DNA from: Stenotrophobium sp. | Lineage (GTDB): Bacteria; Pseudomonadota; Gammaproteobacteria; Nevskiales; Nevskiaceae | Length of the DNA: 64,000 bases | Direction of reading: 5' to 3' | NCBI GenBank assembly: GCA_050739895.1 | Contig: JBOICK010000018.1 | Coordinates: 18,737-82,736, forward strand | Shown here: one piece after another, positions 29,081-39,997 of the stretch | How the letters are laid out: each line of letters starts with the position of its first letter | Numbering within the stretch: the stretch's first letter is position 1 | Notes under the pieces: generated by a model | What the model was told of the DNA's origin: nothing | Database searches by the model: none | Seen by the model: the letters and a program-made list of their open reading frames with translations, nothing else | Made by a program: the position numbers and the translations under genes

Positions 29081-31045
29081 TTACGGAATTTCTCGTATCA
29101 GGTGATCCACCGCCAAGCGCAAGGCTTGCTGCGCCGCGTGTTCAGCCCCACCGAAATAGCGCAGGTGCAGATAGGCGTCCAGCACGTTTTGCATGGAGGC
29201 TTGCAGTGACGGCTGGCAGGCGATGACGCGGGCCGCGAAATCCTGCGGACCTTCGTGCGGCGCCTGTTGCAATCCGAGTTTTCGCAGTGGCCGGACGGCA
29301 CGCTGCCACAGGCGCAGTGCGCGGTCGGTGCTTTGCACCGGCGCGAACTGGCGCAGCAACAGCAGGCCGACGGCGGAGAGCATCAGCGTGATCGCGACGG
29401 TGAGCACGAGAATCATGTCGCTCCAGTCGCTGATGCCGAAGCGGCTCAGAAAATCGGCCTGCAGTTGCGGGCCGTAGGCCAGTACCCAGCGGTTCCAGCG
29501 ATCATTGGCCCAGTCCCAGCGTGCGCTGAGTTGCAGCCAGACCTGCGAGCGGCGTTCGAGAAAACCGGGCAGGCCGTTGGCCGCCGTCAGGGCCGCGGCC
29601 AGGCCTGCCTCGACCCGGTTGGGCGCAACCGCGGCGGTGGGATCGACGCGCACCCAGCCCTGGCCGGCCAGCCAGACTTCGCTCCAGGCATGCGCGTCGT
29701 ACTGGTGGATGACGTAGTAATCGCCGTAGGCATTTTTTTCGCCGCCCTGATAGCCGGTGACAACGCGCGCGGGAATGCCGGCGGCGCGCATCAGGAAGGT
29801 GAAGCTGCTGGCGTAGTGTTCGCAGAAACCGCGGCGTGTATCGAACAGGAATTCATCAACGCTGTTGGCGCCGAGTTTAGGCGGGTGCAGGGTGTAGTAG
29901 AACGCTTCGCCGCGGTACATCGCCAGCGCCGCGCGCACGATCTGCGCGTCGTCCAGACCCTTGCTGCGCCATTGCGCTGCGAGCGCGCGGCTGCGCGGGT
30001 CGGCGCCGGGCGGCAATTGCAGCATGATTTTGCGCTGGAGCGGGTCAAGCGACGGCTGCAGCTGGTAATGCAGATAGGAGCGCAGGTGGTACAGGGCGCG
30101 ATCACGCAGCGGCTTGTCGGCCAGCAACTGGTCGGCGGCATGCAGCGACGTGGCAGCTGGCAGCCCGGTCGACGCAGGCAGGTCCAGCGCGAAAATCCAG
30201 CGCTGCTGGGTCGGTTCGAGGGTGATTTCGTAGCTCACCGGCGCGCCGCTGACTTGCGCGGCTTCAGCCGGCATCATTCCGGGCTCGATGCGTGGTTTCC
30301 AGCCGCGGCCATCGAAGTGATCGAACACCGGGCCGCGCCAGTAGCGCTGCTCCGGCGGTGGTGCGACGCCGTTGAAACGCACGCGGAAAGCCACGGCATT
30401 GGACAGGATCAGGTTCTCGATATCGCCCGGCATCATGCTGTCGGAGGGTCCGCTGCGCTGCGCGCCGCTATCCGAAGGCAGGCCCCACAGCGGGCCCGGT
30501 ATGCGCGGGAACAGGATGAACATGACCACCATCAGCGGCAGCGCTTGCGCCACCATGATGACCGCACGGCGCAGCAGCGGACGCACGGGCAGTGCGGTGC
30601 CGGGATGATTACAGTCCATCAGCAACGCGGTGATGGCGACGGCGCAGACCAGCAGGTAGGCGATCGTCCACAATTCCTGCGAGAACAGGAAGTGCGTGAC
30701 CAGGATGAAATACATCAGCAGCACCACAATCATCACGTCGCGGCGCGCACGCATTTCCAGCAGCTTGAGCGCCGCCATCACGCACAGCAGCGCGGTGCCG
30801 GCGCTTTGGCCGGAAATGCTGTGGTAGCTGGCGTAGACGCCGGCACAGGCGGCGAAGGCCAGCGCCGCGCGCGGCAGCATCGTCGGCAGACGCCACTGCC
30901 GCAGTTCGACCAGCACGCGCCAGGCCATCGTGGTGATGATGAGCAGGATTTCCCAGACCGGCAGATGCGTCGCATGCGGCGCCAGCACCAGCGCCAGCAC
31001 CGCGATCAGGCGCAGCAGGCTGTCGCGGCTCAGGTAGTCGGTCAT
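29081..31045 (-). CDS. Transglutaminase-like membrane protein TgpA (DUF3488)
   Basis: FPRIPGPLW, YWRGPV, GFCEHYA and HAWSEVW...WVRVDPT motifs. Confidence 0.9.
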   Translation of the reverse strand: MTDYLSRDSLLRLIAVLALVLAPHATHLPVWEILLIITTMAWRVLVELRQWRLPTMLPRAALAFAACAGVYASYHSISGQSAGTALLCVMAALKLLEMRARRDVMIVVLLMYFILVTHFLFSQELWTIAYLLVCAVAITALLMDCNHPGTALPVRPLLRRAVIMVAQALPLMVVMFILFPRIPGPLWGLPSDSGAQRSGPSDSMMPGDIENLILSNAVAFRVRFNGVAPPPEQRYWRGPVFDHFDGRGWKPRIEPGMMPAEAAQVSGAPVSYEITLEPTQQRWIFALDLPASTGLPAATSLHAADQLLADKPLRDRALYHLRSYLHYQLQPSLDPLQRKIMLQLPPGADPRSRALAAQWRSKGLDDAQIVRAALAMYRGEAFYYTLHPPKLGANSVDEFLFDTRRGFCEHYASSFTFLMRAAGIPARVVTGYQGGEKNAYGDYYVIHQYDAHAWSEVWLAGQGWVRVDPTAAVAPNRVEAGLAAALTAANGLPGFLERRSQVWLQLSARWDWANDRWNRWVLAYGPQLQADFLSRFGISDWSDMILVLTVAITLMLSAVGLLLLRQFAPVQSTDRALRLWQRAVRPLRKLGLQQAPHEGPQDFAARVIACQPSLQASMQNVLDAYLHLRYFGGAEHAAQQALRLAVDHLIREIP

Positions 31046-32037
31046 GGCAGCCGGAACAGCGCCAGCGCCTTGAGGCACTGGTGCCGATGGGTTTGGCCTT
31101 GCGCGGGTGCGATCGCGGTGCCGGGCAGGCGCAGGCCGTAGGCATGCTGCTCGGCTTCTGCGTCGAGCACCCAGCGCGTCAGCTGCGATAGTCGCGCCTC
31201 GGTGTCGAGACCGGGCAGGCTGGACCAGTCCAGCCACAACGCCTGTTCCAGCGTTTCGGAGAACTGCTTGACCATCGGCACTTGCAGCTTCGGCAGGCTT
31301 TTCCAGTGAATGCTGCGGGCGGTGTCGCCATGCTGGTAGTTGCGCAGTCCGGCAAATTCATCCTGGCCGTGGCGACCGCCCTCGGTATGGCCGCCGCTGC
31401 CGGCGGTGGACGGTGGAGACAGTCCGGGCGCCGCGGGCCGTGGATAAACCAGGCAGGCCATGTCCAGCTCGGCCCAGGTCCATGCGTGAAACAGGCCCAG
31501 CGGGAACTCGGTTGCAATGCTGAAGATGCCGCAAGGCAGCCAGCCGCGGTTGCTCGCGGGCAGGGTGAGGCGCAGCGGCGTCGCAGCCTGCGCGGGGATG
31601 TCGTTGATGACGGCATCGGCGTCCTGTTTGGGCCAGGACAGGGCGATGGCATAGCGATCCCGTCGTGCGGAATTTTCCACGCGTATTTCGAAATGTGCGA
31701 TTTCGCCGGCGAATACCGGCGCGCTGCGACTGGCATGCAGTGCGATATTCACCAGATTGCCATGGGTGTGGTGCATGCACACCAGTCCCAGCCCCGCGAG
31801 CAGGAAGGACAGTGCGAAGGCCATGCTGTTGCTGTAGTTCATCGCGCCCAGCAGCATCACCAGCAGCATTGCCGCAAAGCCGTAGCCGAAGCGCGTCGGC
31901 ACGATATAGACGCGGCGGCGGCCGATGACGATCGGGCCCGGCTGGCGCTTGACGCGCCTCAGCACCCAGCGGTCGATGCGCTCCTGCGCGAAACGCAGGG
32001 GATGCAGGATGATCTTGAAAATCAGCCAGAAGCGCAT
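31042..32037 (-). CDS. DUF58-domain protein
   Basis: FPLGLF-x-AW and EFAGLRNYQHGD...IHWK motifs. Confidence 0.9.
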   Translation of the reverse strand: MRFWLIFKIILHPLRFAQERIDRWVLRRVKRQPGPIVIGRRRVYIVPTRFGYGFAAMLLVMLLGAMNYSNSMAFALSFLLAGLGLVCMHHTHGNLVNIALHASRSAPVFAGEIAHFEIRVENSARRDRYAIALSWPKQDADAVINDIPAQAATPLRLTLPASNRGWLPCGIFSIATEFPLGLFHAWTWAELDMACLVYPRPAAPGLSPPSTAGSGGHTEGGRHGQDEFAGLRNYQHGDTARSIHWKSLPKLQVPMVKQFSETLEQALWLDWSSLPGLDTEARLSQLTRWVLDAEAEQHAYGLRLPGTAIAPAQGQTHRHQCLKALALFRLP

Positions 32038-32057
32038 TGCGCTGGATTGTCTTGGTT

Positions 32058-32969
32058 TCAGGGAATCGCGACCGCACGCAGGATGTCTTCCGCGGCCGGT
32101 GCGCCGGATTCGCGTTCGCTGGCGGCAACCAGGCGATGACTGGCGACGGCACCAAACACCGCCTGCACATCTTCCGGAATCACGCCGCTGCGTCCTTCGA
32201 CCAGCGCCCAGGCCTGTGCCGCGCGGCGCAGCGCCAGTCCGGCGCGCGGCGACAGGCCTTGGCGCAGTCCGGCATGGCTGCGGGTGTGTGCCACCAGCGC
32301 CTGCAGGTAGTCCAGCAGCGCCGGCGAGGTGCGCACGGCTTGCGCCTGCTGCTGCAGGTCCAGCAACTTTTCAGGCGTGACTGCCGGCTGCACGGTTGCC
32401 AGCAGGTCGCGGCGTTCACGTTCCAGCAGCAGCGTGCGTTCCACCTCGGGCAGCGGGTAGCCCAGCGAGATGCGCATCAGGAAGCGGTCGAGCTGCGATT
32501 CCGGCAGCGGGAAGGTGCCGATCTGGTGCGCCGGATTCTGCGTGGCGATGACGTAGAACGGTTCCGGCAGCGGTCGCGTCTGGCCTTCGGCGGTGACTTG
32601 CCGTTCCTCCATCGCCTCCAGCAGCGCGGATTGCGTCTTCGGGCTGGCGCGGTTGACTTCGTCGGCCAGCACCAGTTGCGCAAAAATCGGTCCGGGATGA
32701 AAGCGGAAGCTGGCACTGTTCTGCTCAAAGATCGAGACGCCGAGGATATCTGCAGGTAGCAAGTCGCTGGTGAACTGCACGCGCTGGAACTTCAGGCCGA
32801 GCACGCGCGCCAGCGCCAGCGCCAGCGTGGTCTTGCCGACGCCGGGAATGTCCTCGATCAGCAGATGGCCGCGCGCCAGCAGGCAGGCCAGCGCCAGTTT
32901 CAGCTGCGCCTCCTTGCCGAGAATGATCTGGTTGAGGCCGGCAAGGGCATTTTTGATGTCGGGGCTCAT
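32058..32969 (-). CDS. MoxR-family AAA+ ATPase
   Basis: [26 protein letters not shown] and [11 protein letters not shown] motifs. Confidence 0.93.
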   Translation of the reverse strand: MSPDIKNALAGLNQIILGKEAQLKLALACLLARGHLLIEDIPGVGKTTLALALARVLGLKFQRVQFTSDLLPADILGVSIFEQNSASFRFHPGPIFAQLVLADEVNRASPKTQSALLEAMEERQVTAEGQTRPLPEPFYVIATQNPAHQIGTFPLPESQLDRFLMRISLGYPLPEVERTLLLERERRDLLATVQPAVTPEKLLDLQQQAQAVRTSPALLDYLQALVAHTRSHAGLRQGLSPRAGLALRRAAQAWALVEGRSGVIPEDVQAVFGAVASHRLVAASERESGAPAAEDILRAVAIP

Positions 32970-33098
32970 GTTCTGGGTGTCTTGAAAATTAGCGGGTCAG
33001 TCTAATGGGTTGATGACCAGTGGTATGAATTTACCCGTCAGAAATCCTGATTGTTTGTTGCGATGCAATAAAGGTTCCGCCAACATAGTGAAAGAGTT

Positions 33099-34619
33099 AT
33101 GAGCGGAAAATTCAGAATGGATCGTATTACGCGCGAGTGCTTGTCGCAGATGAAGCATGCCACCGATTATCAGGGCTGGCATGAGGCCGCGCAGGAGCTT
33201 GACCGCCATCACGGGCTGGATGAGTGGAGGGACGATGAAACCTCAGAGGATTATGACTGGCGCCTGATCCGCAGCCGCCTGCGGCAGATCCGCCAGTACC
33301 GGGCCGAGGGGCAGACCGCCAAGCTGATCCATCATCTGCGCCAGGGCCTGCACTGGAACCTGGGCAACACCGGCAATCCGCAGTTGTACGGCATCGCCCA
33401 CGTCGGCACCAAACGGCTGATTCATGAATACGTGGACGAAGTCAGCGCCGCGCTGGACGACCTCTGCACGGTGGAGCGGGCCGAGTTCCCGATTGAGCAG
33501 AAGCGGCGCTTCTTCAGCGAGGTGGCGCAGAGCTACGGTCGCTCGTCGCTGATGCTGTCCGGCGGCGCGACCCTGGGTCTGTTCCACGTCGGCGTGGTCA
33601 AGGCGCTGTATCGCGAAAAGGTATTGCCGCTGGTGATGTCCGGTTCCAGCGCGGGCTCAGTGGTGGCGGCCACGGTCGGCACGCGCGGACACAACGAGTT
33701 GGAAGACCTGCTCGATCCGCAAAACGCCTACTACAATTTCTGGCGCATCCTGTCCCTGCGGCACATGATTCAGCGCCGTTCCGTCATGGATCAGACCCAG
33801 TTGCGCCGAGCGATCATGAAGAACGTCAAAGACCTGACGTTCGAGGAGGCTTTCAAGCGTTCCGGCCGCACGATCAACATCACCGTGTCGCCCGCCGGCG
33901 TCAATCAGCCGCCACGTCTGCTCAATCATCTGACCTTCCCGTATCTCTACATCCAGGAAGCGGTGCTGGCTTCCTGCGCCGTGCCGATCCTGTTTCCGCC
34001 GGTGATGCTGATGACGCAGAACGAGGTCGGCGAGCGCGTGCCCTACATGCCACTGCTGAAGTGGAACGACGGCTCGCTCAAGTCCGACCTGCCGACGCTG
34101 CGCATCCGTCGCTTGCACAACGTCAACCATTTCATCGTCAGCCAGACCAACCCGCATGTGCTGCCGTTCGTGTCGCGGCGTGAGCCGGGCAGCCGCGGGC
34201 TGATGAATTCCGCACGCGATTATGCGTTCTCGACGCTGCGCGGACAGGCCCGCGACATTCTCAATCTGGCGCGGGCCAACATGCCGTTCGGCGATTTGCG
34301 CAAACCTCTGGACGCTGCCTCCAGCATTCTCGATCAGGACTATCGCGGCAATATAAATATCTTTCCGGACATGAGTATCTGGCGTTACGCCAATGTCACC
34401 AGCAATCCGACGATGGAGTCTATCCAGCGCTTCATGCTGGAAGGCGAACGCGCGACCTGGCCGCGGATGGAGATGGTCCGCTGCCAGACCAGGATCAGCC
34501 AGACGCTTGATGATTGCGCCGAGCGTTTGCGGCAGACAACTGAAGTTGAACGAGCGATGGTGCCGCAAAAAAAATCGGGTCTGCGCATCGTTCGCAATCA
34601 CGGTTCGACAGCGGGTTGA
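33099..34619 (+). CDS. DUF3336/patatin triacylglycerol-lipase-like protein
   Basis: W-x-x-AA-x-ELD, SGGATLG-x-x-H-x-GV, GSSAG, DGS and HFIVSQTNPH motifs. Confidence 0.85.
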   Translation: MSGKFRMDRITRECLSQMKHATDYQGWHEAAQELDRHHGLDEWRDDETSEDYDWRLIRSRLRQIRQYRAEGQTAKLIHHLRQGLHWNLGNTGNPQLYGIAHVGTKRLIHEYVDEVSAALDDLCTVERAEFPIEQKRRFFSEVAQSYGRSSLMLSGGATLGLFHVGVVKALYREKVLPLVMSGSSAGSVVAATVGTRGHNELEDLLDPQNAYYNFWRILSLRHMIQRRSVMDQTQLRRAIMKNVKDLTFEEAFKRSGRTINITVSPAGVNQPPRLLNHLTFPYLYIQEAVLASCAVPILFPPVMLMTQNEVGERVPYMPLLKWNDGSLKSDLPTLRIRRLHNVNHFIVSQTNPHVLPFVSRREPGSRGLMNSARDYAFSTLRGQARDILNLARANMPFGDLRKPLDAASSILDQDYRGNINIFPDMSIWRYANVTSNPTMESIQRFMLEGERATWPRMEMVRCQTRISQTLDDCAERLRQTTEVERAMVPQKKSGLRIVRNHGSTAG

Positions 34620-34711
34620 GACTAAGAAATCTTCAGTACTCAGTGGCATTTATCGGAACTAATCTAAATTTAAATTTTCTATCACCTCGTAGAACCAACA
34701 ACGAGGTCTGG

Positions 34712-35728
34712 ATGGAAGACAGCAGCGTCAGCATCACCTTTAAAAACATCGCGCCCGAGCCTGGCACTGTGCTCCGCGCCTTCAATGATCTACGCGACTA
34801 CCTCAATTCGCAGATTCTCGGCCAGGAAAATCTGGTAAATCGTCTGCTGGTGGCCCTGCTGGGCGATGGACACTTGCTCGTCGAAGGGCCACCAGGCCTT
34901 GCCAAGACCCGCGCTATCAAGGCACTGGCCCACGGACTGGAAGGCAGCTTTCAGCGCGTGCAGTTCACTCCAGACATGCTGCCGGCCGATCTCACCGGGT
35001 CGGACATCTACCGTCCTGAAGAAGGCGGCTTCCAGTTCCAGCGCGGCCCGCTGTTCCATAACCTGATTCTTGCGGACGAAGTGAACCGTGCGCCGGCCAA
35101 GGTGCAATCGGCGCTGCTTGAGGCAATGGGTGAACGGCAGATCAGTGTCGGCAATGCCACCTATGTCTTGCCACCATTATTTCTGGTCATGGCGACCCAG
35201 AATCCGATTGAGCACGAAGGTACTTATCCGCTGCCGGAGGCGCAGCTCGACCGCTTCATGCTGCATATCATGGTGGACTATCCCGACCGTGCCACCACGT
35301 TGCGCATCATGGAGCTGTCTCGTCGCGAAGCACGAAGCGCGGAAGAATTGCCGCCGCCAGTGCAGTTGCTGCCGCAGGTAATGGTGTTCGCCGCAAGGCG
35401 GGAAGTGCTGGATCTGACATTGGCCACATCGGTGGCCGAATATATCGCGGCATTGGTTGAAGCGACCCGGCGGCCCGCAGCCTACAGCGACAAACTGTCA
35501 GGCTGGCTGCGCTGGGGTGCCAGTCCACGCGCCGCCATCGCCATCGAGCGCGGTGCGCGAGCCTGCGCCTGGCTACAGGGGCGCGATTATGTGAGTCCTG
35601 AAGATGTCCAGTCGATAGCGCCGGACGCACTGCGTCATCGCCTGCTGCTTGACTACAATGCGCAGGCCAGCGGCGTCACCGCCCAGACCTGCGTGGAGGA
35701 ATTGTTGAGCCACGTGCCGGCGCCATGA
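34712..35728 (+). CDS. MoxR-family AAA+ ATPase (bat operon)
   Basis: [26 protein letters not shown] and EGTYPLPEAQLDRF motifs. Confidence 0.93.
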   Translation: MEDSSVSITFKNIAPEPGTVLRAFNDLRDYLNSQILGQENLVNRLLVALLGDGHLLVEGPPGLAKTRAIKALAHGLEGSFQRVQFTPDMLPADLTGSDIYRPEEGGFQFQRGPLFHNLILADEVNRAPAKVQSALLEAMGERQISVGNATYVLPPLFLVMATQNPIEHEGTYPLPEAQLDRFMLHIMVDYPDRATTLRIMELSRREARSAEELPPPVQLLPQVMVFAARREVLDLTLATSVAEYIAALVEATRRPAAYSDKLSGWLRWGASPRAAIAIERGARACAWLQGRDYVSPEDVQSIAPDALRHRLLLDYNAQASGVTAQTCVEELLSHVPAP

Positions 35729-36627
35729 TTCTGCCGGATCTGCCCGAACTGCTGGCCCTGCGCGGTGCGGCGCAGGGTCTGAGTCTGCATGCACGCCGCC
35801 CTGCACTGGCGCGACTGCACGGCGGACACCGTAGCGCCCAACGCGGTCGCGGGCTGGAGTTTGAGGAAGTGCGCCTGTATGTTCCGGGAGACGACGCACG
35901 AAGCATCGACTGGCGTGTCACCGCGCGCCGCGGCAAGCCGCACACCAAGATGTTTCGCGAGGATCGGGAGCGCCCGGTGTGGCTGCTGGCCGACCTGCAT
36001 GCCGGCCTGTTTTTCGGCAGCAAGCGACAGTTGAAGTCGGCTTTGCTGCTGCGTACTGCAGCGATGCTCGGCTGGGTCGCCACACTGGGTGGAGATCGCC
36101 TGGGTGCGGTCGTGGCTCGTGGGAATATTCCACCAAAAATCCTGCCGCCACGGTCTCGCCAAGCGGGCGTGCTGCCGGTGTTGCAGGCACTGATAGAAGC
36201 GCAGCCGCGCACACCCGGGCAGCCGGAAACCGGGGGGCTCGGCAACGCAGTGACCACGTTGCTGCGTCTGATCCAGCCGGGCAGTCTGGTGCTGATCCTG
36301 AGCGACTTCAGCGGCCTGGATCAAAAGACTCAGGACCTGCTGACCGGTTTGGCGATGCGTTGCGACTGTCGCCTGCTGTGGATCACCGATCCGCTGGAAG
36401 CCGCCGGCCTGCCAGCAGGCGAATACCGGGCCGGTCTGCCTGACCGGCTGCGTTGGCTGGATGGTGATCGCAGCCGTAAATCATGGTGTGCGGCCTGGGC
36501 TGAACGCGAAAAAAGGCTGCAGCATCTGGCGCGCCGTCTCAACCTGCCACTGACGCGTCTTGAAACCTCCAATCGGGTGAATGAGGCATTGCCGCCATTG
36601 CTGAGGGAGCCCGCATGGGCGTCGTGA
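35725..36627 (+). CDS. DUF58-domain protein (bat operon)
   Basis: GRGLEFEEVRLYVPGDD-x-RSIDWRVTAR and ILSDF motifs. Confidence 0.9.
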   Translation: MILPDLPELLALRGAAQGLSLHARRPALARLHGGHRSAQRGRGLEFEEVRLYVPGDDARSIDWRVTARRGKPHTKMFREDRERPVWLLADLHAGLFFGSKRQLKSALLLRTAAMLGWVATLGGDRLGAVVARGNIPPKILPPRSRQAGVLPVLQALIEAQPRTPGQPETGGLGNAVTTLLRLIQPGSLVLILSDFSGLDQKTQDLLTGLAMRCDCRLLWITDPLEAAGLPAGEYRAGLPDRLRWLDGDRSRKSWCAAWAEREKRLQHLARRLNLPLTRLETSNRVNEALPPLLREPAWAS

Positions 36628-37073
36628 GCAATGATTTTCTGAAACAGTTGGCGCCGGCTCATGCACCGCCACCGCCAGGCTGGTGGCCGCCTGCGCCGGG
36701 TTGGTGGCTGTTGGCTGCGCTGCTGCTGGTTACGATCGTGTTGTTGCTGATGTGGCTGCGCCAGCCGCGGCGCCAGTTGAGGCGCATCGCGCTGCGCGAA
36801 CTCGAACAACTGGAAATCGCTGGCGTTGACGATGCGGACTTGGCGCGGGGGCTGGAACACCTGTTGCGTCGCTATGCGCTGGCGCGCTACGGACACGGGT
36901 CGGTGGCACGGCTGAGTGGTGAGAGTTGGATCAACTTCGTCGCCGCACACGGTGGCACGGCGCTGGCCGGTGAACCCGGCCGCGACCTGTTGCGCGCGGC
37001 TTATGGCAGCGGCGGCAGTTGCCGCCCAGAGTGGCTGAGCGGTGTGCGCAGTTTCCTCAAGGCACGCGGATGA
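36624..37073 (+). CDS. DUF4381-domain protein
   Basis: WWPPAPGWW and A-x-LSGESW motifs; GTGA overlap (alternative start at 36615). Confidence 0.85.
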   Translation: MSNDFLKQLAPAHAPPPPGWWPPAPGWWLLAALLLVTIVLLLMWLRQPRRQLRRIALRELEQLEIAGVDDADLARGLEHLLRRYALARYGHGSVARLSGESWINFVAAHGGTALAGEPGRDLLRAAYGSGGSCRPEWLSGVRSFLKARG

Positions 37074-38044
37074 TTCACTTCGCCTGGCCGTGGATGCTGG
37101 TGTTCCTGCCACTGCCCTGGCTGCTGGCACGAGTGCTACCACCGGTGCGTCCTCAGGGTGCTGCTTTGTATCTGCCATTCGCGGCAGAGGTCGGTGCCGA
37201 ATCTTCAGCGGACTTGAGTGCCGCACCACTCTGGCGCCGCGTGCTGTTTGTGCTGGTATGGCTGCTGCTGGTCCTGGCAGTGCTGCGCCCACAATGGCTG
37301 GGTGATCCGCAGCCGGTACCGACCACCGGGCGCCGTTTGCTGCTGGCGGTAGACCTGTCCGGCTCGATGGCAACGCAGGACATGGCGGATGGCTACTCGC
37401 GGCTGCAGGTTGTGAAGAAGGTCGCGGGTGACTTCATCAAGAGCCGGCATGGCGATCAGGTTGGCCTGATCCTGTTCGGTACCCGGCCTTATCTGCAGGC
37501 ACCGCTCAGCGCCGACCTGACTACGGTGAACCAGTTTCTGCAGGAGGCGATGGTCGGCATCGCCGGCCGTCAGACTGCGATCGGTGACGCCATCGGGCTG
37601 GCGATCAAACGGCTGCGTGATGATTCTGACAAGCACCGACATAAAGGCGATACGGTACTGATCCTGCTCACCGACGGCAGCAGCAACGCGGGCGTGATGT
37701 CGCCGCTTGAGGCGGCCAAGCTTGCCGCGGATGCCGGTTTACGGATTTATACCATCGGAGTGGGTGCGGCGGCACAGGAAAGTTTCTTTGGTTTTGGCGG
37801 TGGCAACAGCGATCTTGACGAAGACACGCTCAAGGGAATTGCCAAAGTCACCGGAGGTGAGTATTTCAGAGCTACCGACGTCAGTGCACTTCAGAAAGTG
37901 TATGCACGGATTGATCAGCTGGAGCCAAGTGCAGGTCGTGACCAGTGGTACCGCCCCGGTACGGAATGGTTTCCATGGCCTTTGGGCTTTGCATTATTGC
38001 TGAGCCTGCCGCTGACGCTGCTGCGAGGGCGGATATGGACCTGA
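37070..38044 (+). CDS. VWA-domain protein, BatA-like
   Basis: MIDAS DLSGSM, TAIGDAIG and LLTDG motifs. Confidence 0.9.
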   Translation: MIHFAWPWMLVFLPLPWLLARVLPPVRPQGAALYLPFAAEVGAESSADLSAAPLWRRVLFVLVWLLLVLAVLRPQWLGDPQPVPTTGRRLLLAVDLSGSMATQDMADGYSRLQVVKKVAGDFIKSRHGDQVGLILFGTRPYLQAPLSADLTTVNQFLQEAMVGIAGRQTAIGDAIGLAIKRLRDDSDKHRHKGDTVLILLTDGSSNAGVMSPLEAAKLAADAGLRIYTIGVGAAAQESFFGFGGGNSDLDEDTLKGIAKVTGGEYFRATDVSALQKVYARIDQLEPSAGRDQWYRPGTEWFPWPLGFALLLSLPLTLLRGRIWT

Positions 38045-39039
38045 GCAGCAGCCTGCATGCGTTCCATTTCCTGAGGCCGTTCTGGCTGGCCGCGCTGCTG
38101 CCGCTGTGGGGACTTGCGTTCTGGCTGTCACGGCGACGCAGAGGCGAGGGCAGTTGGGCTCGTGTGATTGATCCGGATTTGTTTGCCGCGCTGCGCCTGG
38201 AAGCGGCCGGTGCTAAGGCATCGTCACCCTGGCCGTGGCTGGCTTTGGCCTGGACGTTGGCGCTCCTCGCCATGGCCGGGCCGAGCTGGCAACGTGATGT
38301 CTCGGCGGCATATCGTGCTCCGGCAGCCTGGGTGCTGGTGCTGGACCTGTCACCGTCGATGAATGCGGCTGACCTGACTCCGAATCGCGCGACCCGCGCG
38401 CGTTACGCACTGGATGATCTGCTCGGTGCTGCGCGCGATGCCCGCGTCGCCTTGGTGGTATTCAGCGATGAGCCTTACATCGTCACGCCGCTGACCGATG
38501 ATGTGAATACGGTGCGTGCACTGCTACCGCCGCTGGCGCCGGATATCATGCCCAGCGCGGGCGATAATCTTGCGCCAGCGCTGCGGCAGGCCGGGCAGTT
38601 GCTGAAGCGGTCCGGTGCGCGGGAAGAGCGGGTGATTGTGCTGACCGACGGTTTTGCCGATCCCGCTGCTGCCTTTACCGAAGCGCAGCAACTCAAGTCC
38701 GACGATGTGAAATTGAGCGTGGTCGGCATCGGTACCCGCAACGGTGCACCGCTGAGCGATGCCGATGGCGGTTTCGTCAAGGACGCGCAGGGCCGGACGC
38801 TGATGTTGCGTCTGGATACTGATCGCCTGCGGCAACTCGCGACGGCCGGCGGTGGTGATTACGTCGATCTGGCGGGTCTGCCTCAATTCATCAGCAGTTT
38901 GCAGATGAATCACGATCTTAGCAGCGGCACCTCGGCGATACGCGACATCCACCTCCAGCACTGGCGCGACGCCGGTGTGTGGTTGTTGCCGTTACTGCTG
39001 TTGCTGGCGGCGTTACTGTCGCGGCGGGGCTGGCTGTGA
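38035..39039 (+). CDS. VWA-domain protein, BatB-like
   Basis: HFLRPFWL, AGPSW, DLSPSM, PLTDD and LTDG motifs. Confidence 0.88.
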   Translation: MDLSSSLHAFHFLRPFWLAALLPLWGLAFWLSRRRRGEGSWARVIDPDLFAALRLEAAGAKASSPWPWLALAWTLALLAMAGPSWQRDVSAAYRAPAAWVLVLDLSPSMNAADLTPNRATRARYALDDLLGAARDARVALVVFSDEPYIVTPLTDDVNTVRALLPPLAPDIMPSAGDNLAPALRQAGQLLKRSGAREERVIVLTDGFADPAAAFTEAQQLKSDDVKLSVVGIGTRNGAPLSDADGGFVKDAQGRTLMLRLDTDRLRQLATAGGGDYVDLAGLPQFISSLQMNHDLSSGTSAIRDIHLQHWRDAGVWLLPLLLLLAALLSRRGWL

Positions 39040-39995
39040 AGCGCGCATTGATCATCTTGGCCGGCCTGCTGTTTGCCGGAAACGCCGCGGCATCAGATAT
39101 CTGGTCGGGTTTATGGCTCACGCCCGATCAGCGTGGCGAACGGTTGTTACAACACGGCGACGCTGTTGCTGCCGCACACACCTACACTGATCCACGGCGC
39201 AAGGCTTACGCCGAATTGCGCGCCGGAGACTACGCTGCCGCAGCGCGCGACTTCGGTGGTTTTGATGACAGTGACGCACACTACAACCGCGGCAACGCCC
39301 TGGCCCGGGCGGGCGATCTGCAACAGGCGCTCAAGGCTTACGATGCGGCGCTGGCGCGTGATTCCACCAACCACGATGCGCAGCACAATCGCGATCTGGT
39401 GGAACAGGCGCTTAAAAAGCAGGAACAACAGCAGCAGCAGAAAAACTCATCAGGAAATGGCAAGCCGCAATCCGGCAAAGGAGGGGGGCAGGGCGCGGTC
39501 TCTGCGGGCCCACAGGATCAGTCCAAGCAGACACAGAGTCAGCAGCAGGTCAATGCGAACAACGGCAGCGGCAAGCAGGATGCTGCCACTCAAAATAGCC
39601 AAGGCCGCCCAAACGGTGCGACACCTCCGGGCCAAACGGGAAAGCAGTCACAGCCTGCTACGTCACAAGCTACACAGGCCGGGCAGGGCAAGTCTCAGTT
39701 GCAGCCGGCGAAGCCGACGGACGATGCAGCGCAGGCCAAGAACGATGTCACAGGCAGTCTTCCGCAGTCTGCACAAGGCAAGAATGTGGACAAAGGTGAA
39801 ACTGCGTCGCAGCCTTCTCCATCCGTTAGTGGTGAACAGCAACCCACTGCTCCTAATACCGAACAGCAGTTGGCGGAGCAACAGTGGCTACGCCGGATTC
39901 CGGATGATCCGGGAGGCTTGCTGCGACGCAAATTCATGATCGAACACATGATGAGGCAGCAGAACCAGAACCAGCAAAGCCAGCAGGACCAGTAG
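39036..39995 (+). CDS. TPR protein, BatC-like, with Q-rich linker
   Basis: LWLTPDQRG, YNRGNALARAG and QWLRRIPDDPGGLLRRKF motifs. Confidence 0.85.
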   Translation: MKRALIILAGLLFAGNAAASDIWSGLWLTPDQRGERLLQHGDAVAAAHTYTDPRRKAYAELRAGDYAAAARDFGGFDDSDAHYNRGNALARAGDLQQALKAYDAALARDSTNHDAQHNRDLVEQALKKQEQQQQQKNSSGNGKPQSGKGGGQGAVSAGPQDQSKQTQSQQQVNANNGSGKQDAATQNSQGRPNGATPPGQTGKQSQPATSQATQAGQGKSQLQPAKPTDDAAQAKNDVTGSLPQSAQGKNVDKGETASQPSPSVSGEQQPTAPNTEQQLAEQQWLRRIPDDPGGLLRRKFMIEHMMRQQNQNQQSQQDQ

Positions 39996-39997
39996 CC

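Noticed and set aside
29255..31141. 628-aa plus-strand ORF
   Set aside because: Antisense shadow of tgpA, as expected in high-GC coding DNA; no recognisable motifs.
34655..34685. AT-rich stretch upstream of moxR
   Set aside because: Short, no TGTT...AACA ends; consistent with an ordinary promoter region.
39415..39870. Q/S/G-rich low-complexity region
   Set aside because: Normal linker of BatC-like TPR proteins.
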